In this document: positions 5,948-11,441 of the stretch, piece by piece
Layout of the letters: each line of letters begins with the position of its first letter
How positions within the stretch are numbered: the first letter of the stretch is position 1
Source of the DNA: Abditibacteriaceae bacterium
GTDB lineage: Bacteria; Armatimonadota; Abditibacteriia; Abditibacteriales; Abditibacteriaceae
Assembly: GCA_031372065.1 (NCBI GenBank)
Contig: JANMKN010000293.1
Location: 1-11,441, forward strand
Direction of reading: 5' to 3'
DNA length: 11,441 bases
Made by a program: the position numbers and the translations under genes
Notes under the pieces: model-generated
The model's database searches: none
The model's input: only the letters and a program-made list of their open reading frames with translations
What the model was told of the DNA's origin: nothing

Positions 5948-8128
5948 TTAGACTGGCAAATCCGGCAGTTCTTTGTCTTGGGCAGATTGTCGAACCATAG
6001 AACGGCCTAATCCTACATCAGTGGGATTCAACCCTGTGTAAGAAGAGCCAATTCCCTCAGACTGCGTCGCTTCAGTTAAAGAAGCAATGACTAAATTCAA
6101 GTGAGTAGCAACATTTTCCCTGCCTTCAGGCGAGCCTGTTAGTGACAACAGAATACTTGCCTGCCGAGCGGCTTCCAAAGCATCCTGCACAGGGGATAAG
6201 GGCCCCCTATTAGGCTGGAATGGATCCAATCCTTGCGTAAGCCCCGACGCAGGCCCAAAAACAGAGGGCCGGTTCCGTTCCATGATTTCAGCGGGACGGC
6301 CACCCATTAAAGGCATTTCTTCGTCTTGCGCCACGGCTTCTAAACCTAATTCTTTCCAGCGTTCATCGGGAATCGAAGTTGGCGCGCCAGTCAGAGGGTC
6401 GGTGCCGCCGGAAGTCTTCGGGAAGGCGATCACTTCGCGGATGTTGCCGTCGGCGATGCCCGCCAAAATCGCTACAGTGCGGTCAAAGCCGGGCGCGATA
6501 CCGCCGTGTGGCGGGGCGCCATATTCAAAAGCGTCCAGCATAAACCCAAAACGCTTTTGCGCTTCGTCCAAAGGCAAGCCGATGATGTTGAAAATCTGCT
6601 CTTGAATTTCGCGGCGATGGCAGCGAATCGAGCCAGAGGCCAATTCCCAGCCGTTCAAAACCAAATCATAAAGCCATGCGCGCACCTGCCCCCACGGATG
6701 ATTGGCGTCACTTAATTCGACTTCGCTGACGAAACCTTCCTGCACCAAATGCATATCTTCGGGATTGGGCAGGCAGAACGGATGATGCATAGCGTCGAAG
6801 CGTTTCGCGTCGGCATCATATTCAAACATCGGCGTGTCCACAATCCACAAGAAGTTGAATTGATTGGTATTAATCAGGTTTAAACGCTTGCCCATTTCGC
6901 GGCGCAAAAAGTCCAGCGATTGCGCCACAACACTTGCTTTATCGGCCACGCACATCACAAGGTCGCCGGTTTTGGCGCCGCAACGGGCGAAAATCTCGTC
7001 CATTTGCGCTTGCGTGAAAAACTTCGCCACTTGCGATTTGATTTCGCTTTCGCCGAGCGCAAAAGTGGCAAGGCCGCGCGCGCCGAAGCGCTTAACGAAA
7101 TCGGTTAATTCTTCGATTTCCTTGCGCGAATAGGCCGCGCAGCCGGGTGCGCAAATGGCTTTCACTTGCCCGCCTGATGCGATGGCATTATTGAAGACTT
7201 TAAATTGCGAATCGCGCGCGATGTCGCCCAAATCTATCAGTTCCATGCCAAAACGCGTGTCCGGTTTGTCGCTGCCGTAGCGCCGCATAGATTCGGCGTA
7301 AGTCAGGCGCGGAAAGGGCAGCGGAATCTCCAAACCTTTGACGTGCTTCATCACATAAGCAAACAAGCGCTCGGTCACATCAAGCACATCGTCTTGCTCG
7401 ACGAAGCTCATTTCCATGTCAATTTGCGTGAATTCCGGCTGGCGGTCAGAGCGCGCGCTTTCATCGCGGAAACAACGCGCGATTTGAAAATACTTTTCGA
7501 CGCCGCCGACCATCAGCAATTGCTTGGCGATTTGCGGGCTTTGCGGCAAAACAAAGCCTTTGCCGGGATGTGTGCGCGTCGGCACCACATATTCGCGCGC
7601 GCCTTCGGGCGTGGATTTCCACAAAAGCGGCGTTTCCACTTCCCAGAAGCCTTCGGTGTGCAAAAAGTCGCGCGTATGCTTGGTCAGCAAGTAGCGCATT
7701 TCCAACATATCGCGCATTTTCTGGCGACGCAAATCCAAATAGCGATATTGCAAACGCACCGTTTCGTCGGCGTTATTTTCTCCGGCGATTTCAAAAGGCG
7801 GCGTTTTGGAGGTGTTGAGAACTTCCACCTTTTGCACTTGCACTTCGAGCGCGCCGGTTTTAATTTTCGGGTTTTCCTTGCCCGGCAAGCGCCGCGCAAC
7901 GGTGCCATCAATTTGCACGCAAAATTCGCTGCGCAAAGCCGCGAGCGCCGTGTGCGCCGCTTCGTTGACATCGCGGTCACCGACGCACTGCACAATGCCG
8001 CTGCGGTCGCGCAAATCCAAAAACACCTGATGCGATTGGTCGCGCACCACATTCGCCCAGCCACAAAGCGTCACACTTTGTCCAATTTGTTCTTCGGTCA
8101 ATTCCCCGCAATGATGCGTGCGTTTCAC
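5948..8128 (-). CDS. aspS: Aspartate--tRNA ligase (bacterial type) with long C-terminal extension
   Basis: GTG start at 8128 (MKRTHHCGEL) with SD GAGGGGG. OB-fold FLDLRDRSG; ETPLLWKSTPEGAR; LPQSPQ; motif 2 YFQIARCFRDE..R.DRQPEFTQID; YGSDKPDTRF; GAD insertion; HHPF; motif 3 YGAPPHGGIAPGFDR; IREVIAFPK. 726 aa in total. Confidence 0.97.
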   Translation of the reverse strand: MKRTHHCGELTEEQIGQSVTLCGWANVVRDQSHQVFLDLRDRSGIVQCVGDRDVNEAAHTALAALRSEFCVQIDGTVARRLPGKENPKIKTGALEVQVQKVEVLNTSKTPPFEIAGENNADETVRLQYRYLDLRRQKMRDMLEMRYLLTKHTRDFLHTEGFWEVETPLLWKSTPEGAREYVVPTRTHPGKGFVLPQSPQIAKQLLMVGGVEKYFQIARCFRDESARSDRQPEFTQIDMEMSFVEQDDVLDVTERLFAYVMKHVKGLEIPLPFPRLTYAESMRRYGSDKPDTRFGMELIDLGDIARDSQFKVFNNAIASGGQVKAICAPGCAAYSRKEIEELTDFVKRFGARGLATFALGESEIKSQVAKFFTQAQMDEIFARCGAKTGDLVMCVADKASVVAQSLDFLRREMGKRLNLINTNQFNFLWIVDTPMFEYDADAKRFDAMHHPFCLPNPEDMHLVQEGFVSEVELSDANHPWGQVRAWLYDLVLNGWELASGSIRCHRREIQEQIFNIIGLPLDEAQKRFGFMLDAFEYGAPPHGGIAPGFDRTVAILAGIADGNIREVIAFPKTSGGTDPLTGAPTSIPDERWKELGLEAVAQDEEMPLMGGRPAEIMERNRPSVFGPASGLTQGLDPFQPNRGPLSPVQDALEAARQASILLSLTGSPEGRENVATHLNLVIASLTEATQSEGIGSSYTGLNPTDVGLGRSMVRQSAQDKELPDLPV

Positions 8129-8299
8129 AAAAAACCCCCTCGTTTGTCCGTTATAATTAAGGCAGAGCCTTGCTGTTAAATTCAATTTTTTCAGGCCCGC
8201 AAAGTATAACCAATGAAATGACGAAAACCTTTGGGTTCGTAAAACATCCCAAAATTCACGGACAAAAACGAAGCCAATGCAAGCCTCCAAACTACGCCT

Positions 8300-9388
8300 A
8301 TGGAACGCCGAGAACTTTTTTACTTGATGCTGCCCTGTTTATTTTTTGCTGGCATTGCCCTGCTGTTAAGTGGTCATGGAAAGCAAGTGGCCCCACCCGC
8401 ACCGCCAGTGTTTGTGGCAGCGCTACCACGCAAAGCCGCGCCGCCGCCTTCGCCAGCGCCTACGATTCCGCCGAAAGGCCCCTTTGGTTGGCGCGTGATG
8501 AGCAAGGAACGCAGGAGCATGACCCCACGCGAAGTAGGTTTGGGGTATTGGGAAAAATGGGTAGTTGAATTAGAATCCTTTGGCGTGCCAAAACCACTAC
8601 CCAAACCCCAACAATCGGGTTGGAGCTACGATGGAACAGAACCTGATGCTCAAAACTTACGCCTGACCACATTGCAAGCCAACAAAGAAACGCTTCTGGC
8701 TTTACCCAAAAGACAAACTATCAGCTTTGACTGGGCGCCTGAAGGGAGCGCATATGGCACAGGGCCGTGGAAATACGCCACCCTGACCTTTTTAGTGCCT
8801 CCACTCTCCACGTCGGGGCCAGTGTTTCTGAAAACTGAGATTCGCCCCCTGCATGAATATATTCACACATTCAGCACTGCAACCTCAACCGGCTCAACCA
8901 ATAAATATACAGAAAGCAAGGCTCAAAATTTCACCTTACAGATTCACAAACAGGGCGAATCCGTTTCTGCACCGCCCGTTTCGCATGATTGCCTCGTCCG
9001 AATTGAAAAAACGATTGTGCGTCATGTAGGGAAAGCTAAACCATATCGCGATGACGTTGAGATATTAGTAGAAGCCAGTCAAATAGGTGGTTCAACCACA
9101 AGCAATTACAATACTGGATTTAGGGCAAAATGGGACTTTGAATTGCCGCGAATTGTAGACGATGGCGGACAAGAATACAATTTCGGCGGCGGCTCTGGCA
9201 CTTCCTATTCGCCAAACGGTAATCGCGGCGTGTGGAGTTTCACCACCAATTTTGACGGCCCTGATTCTGACAATCAATACATCAAAAATCGCAAAGGGCG
9301 TCTGTGGCTACTTAGCAAGGTGTCCGTCAACAATTGCTGGCCTCTCGATATTCGAGTGCTTTTGCGCAACACACCACAACGAAAGTGA
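8300..9388 (+). CDS. Hypothetical membrane-anchored protein, paralog 1 of 3
   Basis: 362-aa ORF; MERRELFYLMLPCL plus hydrophobic helix; Pro-rich stalk; C-terminal VSVNNCWPLDIRVLLR shared with its neighbours. Confidence 0.8.
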   Translation: MERRELFYLMLPCLFFAGIALLLSGHGKQVAPPAPPVFVAALPRKAAPPPSPAPTIPPKGPFGWRVMSKERRSMTPREVGLGYWEKWVVELESFGVPKPLPKPQQSGWSYDGTEPDAQNLRLTTLQANKETLLALPKRQTISFDWAPEGSAYGTGPWKYATLTFLVPPLSTSGPVFLKTEIRPLHEYIHTFSTATSTGSTNKYTESKAQNFTLQIHKQGESVSAPPVSHDCLVRIEKTIVRHVGKAKPYRDDVEILVEASQIGGSTTSNYNTGFRAKWDFELPRIVDDGGQEYNFGGGSGTSYSPNGNRGVWSFTTNFDGPDSDNQYIKNRKGRLWLLSKVSVNNCWPLDIRVLLRNTPQRK

Positions 9389-9399
9389 AAACTAAACCA

Positions 9400-10452
9400 A
9401 TGAAACGCAAAGAATTATTTTGGATGCTGTTGCCGTGTTTACTTGTTGTGCCTTTGTGGATTGCACGACAAAAACGCAATCCACCTTTCACATTACATGC
9501 CGTTTACACGGGAATACAAAACCTGCCCGTAACAGCCACTGATGTCGCTGAAGGTTTCGATACCAAAATCGCACTAAACCTACGGGCGGTGGGCGAGGCT
9601 TCGCCGCCTTATGGCACGCAATACCAATTTGCCATCGTGAACACTGAACATTGTAACGTCCGGTTGGTTTATGGTTCACCACCGAAAGAGTTACCATATC
9701 GCTTCTGGCAACAATATAGTCCTGCCCCCACCTTGGACCGAGACAAAATCCAAATGCAGGTTATGATGAAGTTGGGAAAAATCCCTGCCCATTATGGGGA
9801 AATTCATCTTCGCACACAAACGGGCGTGGAACTTAATTACACTGAACCACCTCGAACCATGCCGCCCTTCATTCACATACGAAGTCCCTTAATTGATATT
9901 GATGTCCCGGTGCGCACGCCGAACGATCATCTACGCGCCCCCCAAGTGTCACATCAGAGTGCCATACACCTAAGCCGGGTGCTACTTGATCAACAACCGT
10001 TTTCTTCGTTTGGAGATACATACACACCAAGTGGAAACGATATAAGGTTAGAAGTTAATTTTCGTCCCAATCATGTGGCTGATTTGGATGACCCAGATCA
10101 GCATTTTACTTATTTGATATGCCTTTCTGCCAAACTTGTGGATGATGCTGGAAACGTCTACAAAACCTATAGCACGGAAGAATTAATAGCTGCAGGCGTA
10201 TTTGAAAAGAATAAAGATGCCAAGATTTCGTTTTTGGTGCCACTTTCTGCTGCCCCACTAAACGCTGGGAAATTGACATTTCAGGGACGTTTTTGCGCGG
10301 ACCAACGCTGGCCTCTCGTTCTGTCGGTAGTGGTGCGCGAGGGAGGCAAACCTGTCAGTGATGCCGTCGGGAAAAAGCAGCCCATCGTCTTGCGCCCCAA
10401 CAATCCACGCATCAAAATTGAACCTCAAAAGTTCGAGTCTAAAAAACCATGA
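9400..10452 (+). CDS. Hypothetical membrane-anchored protein, paralog 2 of 3
   Basis: Start reassigned to ATG 9400 (MKRKELFWMLLPCLL) by homology with its neighbours; 11 nt after the previous stop; C-terminal QRWPLVLSVVVREGGK. Confidence 0.8.
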   Translation: MKRKELFWMLLPCLLVVPLWIARQKRNPPFTLHAVYTGIQNLPVTATDVAEGFDTKIALNLRAVGEASPPYGTQYQFAIVNTEHCNVRLVYGSPPKELPYRFWQQYSPAPTLDRDKIQMQVMMKLGKIPAHYGEIHLRTQTGVELNYTEPPRTMPPFIHIRSPLIDIDVPVRTPNDHLRAPQVSHQSAIHLSRVLLDQQPFSSFGDTYTPSGNDIRLEVNFRPNHVADLDDPDQHFTYLICLSAKLVDDAGNVYKTYSTEELIAAGVFEKNKDAKISFLVPLSAAPLNAGKLTFQGRFCADQRWPLVLSVVVREGGKPVSDAVGKKQPIVLRPNNPRIKIEPQKFESKKP

Positions 10453-11426
10453 AACGCAAAGAACTCTTCTGGATGCTTGTGCCGTGCTTGCTGATGCTGG
10501 GCGCGGGTGTGTATTTCTCGCGCGATGATATACATCCCATGAGAGTAGCTTTCGACAAAGTTCAATTATTGCCTCTCACGCCAAGGGATATTGCGGACGG
10601 TTATGATGCCAGAGTGTTAGTTAGAACTTATGTGAAGGGCATTCCTCATTCATGGTGGAGGAAGCGCAGTTGGACAGACCCATCATACGGCACGGATTTG
10701 AAATTTCAGCTTATTGGCACGAGTTCTCAACAAAAAAGACTTTTGTTGGATGACACGGCAAGTGGCAAACGATTTATGGTTTCGGGGCGTGATTTAGAAG
10801 ATGGTTTCAGTGAATTTCTGGTGCTTTTTAAAACAAAAGGTTTGGCACGCAACGAAGAAAGAATTGATCTTAAACTCGCTGGACATTGGCATGGGTATCA
10901 ATTCCAATCGGGCAAGTCTTACCGGCTCGTAGACTTGAAGCCGCTTCGTTATTTGCAGACATTAACATTGCATTCTGCTGGTGCCGCTCCTTCCCTGCCA
11001 CCAATTGATAAAAACTATCACTTTAAACTGCGAGGTATAGGCGTATATTGGCTAACAGGTTCAAGCACAACGGCGCCGGGACTTTGTGTGAATACTTTAT
11101 TAGATAACCCAACCGATACGGACGGTATGATTGACAGCAAGGGGCGCCAATTGGCCACGTTACGCAATGCCTGTCTTACGACGGAGAAGGGAGTCGTGCA
11201 TTTCGATCCACAGATGGGATTTCCGAATTTTAGGGGCGGCAAGAATTTTACAAGCGACAAGAACCTTTACCTTAGTTTTGATTGTAGTCGCCAGAAAATC
11301 CCAGCAACAGCACGAAATGTGACCTTCAACGCTGACTTATCCATAAACGACTGCTGGCCTTTGCCGATTTCGGTTGTGCTTCGCAAAGACGGCAAGAACA
11401 TCACGCGCGACGTGCCAGAGCCGTGA
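10449..11426 (+). CDS. Hypothetical membrane-anchored protein, paralog 3 of 3
   Basis: MKRKELFWMLVPCLL start; ATGA overlap with the previous stop (translational coupling); C-terminal LSINDCWPLPISVVLRKDGK. Confidence 0.8.
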   Translation: MKRKELFWMLVPCLLMLGAGVYFSRDDIHPMRVAFDKVQLLPLTPRDIADGYDARVLVRTYVKGIPHSWWRKRSWTDPSYGTDLKFQLIGTSSQQKRLLLDDTASGKRFMVSGRDLEDGFSEFLVLFKTKGLARNEERIDLKLAGHWHGYQFQSGKSYRLVDLKPLRYLQTLTLHSAGAAPSLPPIDKNYHFKLRGIGVYWLTGSSTTAPGLCVNTLLDNPTDTDGMIDSKGRQLATLRNACLTTEKGVVHFDPQMGFPNFRGGKNFTSDKNLYLSFDCSRQKIPATARNVTFNADLSINDCWPLPISVVLRKDGKNITRDVPEP

Positions 11427-11441
11427 GAATAAGTCTCTTCG

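Noticed and set aside
7205..8179. 324-aa ORF antisense to aspS
   Set aside because: Codon-register antisense shadow, common opposite conserved GC-rich genes; no SD or domain features.
8129..8299. aspS N-terminal extension to 8290, or a T-box leader
   Set aside because: AspRS homology begins at GTG 8128 with its own SD. No T-box consensus or antiterminator is seen; the region is probably a divergent promoter.
9334..9399. Longer start for paralog 2
   Set aside because: It overlaps paralog 1, and the homologous leader starts at 9400.
8300..11426. Diversity-generating retroelement or integron cassette array explaining the paralogs
   Set aside because: No reverse transcriptase, no template/variable repeat pair with adenine-specific differences, and no room for attC sites (gaps of 11 and -4 nt).

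Overview
Bacterial chromosomal window, read left to right. It opens with a 5'-truncated Bcr/CflA-type MFS efflux gene (+), followed by a ~250 bp intergenic array of degenerate 21-bp tandem repeats that flips orientation into a long palindrome, and a bidirectional terminator. A minus-strand run follows (in transcription order): a 90-aa hypothetical, a divergent thiG, a secreted Asp-box/BNR protein with a CxCC motif, an AT-richer secreted orphan, and an exported two-domain HMA-like protein with HxCCGxC motifs. Transcribed divergently from that run is a Phd/YefM-RelE type II toxin-antitoxin pair, whose promoter carries two TGCACA cores 12 bp apart. After a second bidirectional terminator comes aspS (-), which has an unusual ~122-aa C-terminal extension. 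The window ends with three tandem, highly diverged paralogous membrane-anchored proteins (+) sharing an N-terminal M[KE]R[KR]ELF[WY]xxxPCL leader and a C-terminal WPL motif. The least explained elements are the 21-bp repeat/palindrome, the paralog array and the AspS tail. All calls come from motif recognition by eye; no searches were run.
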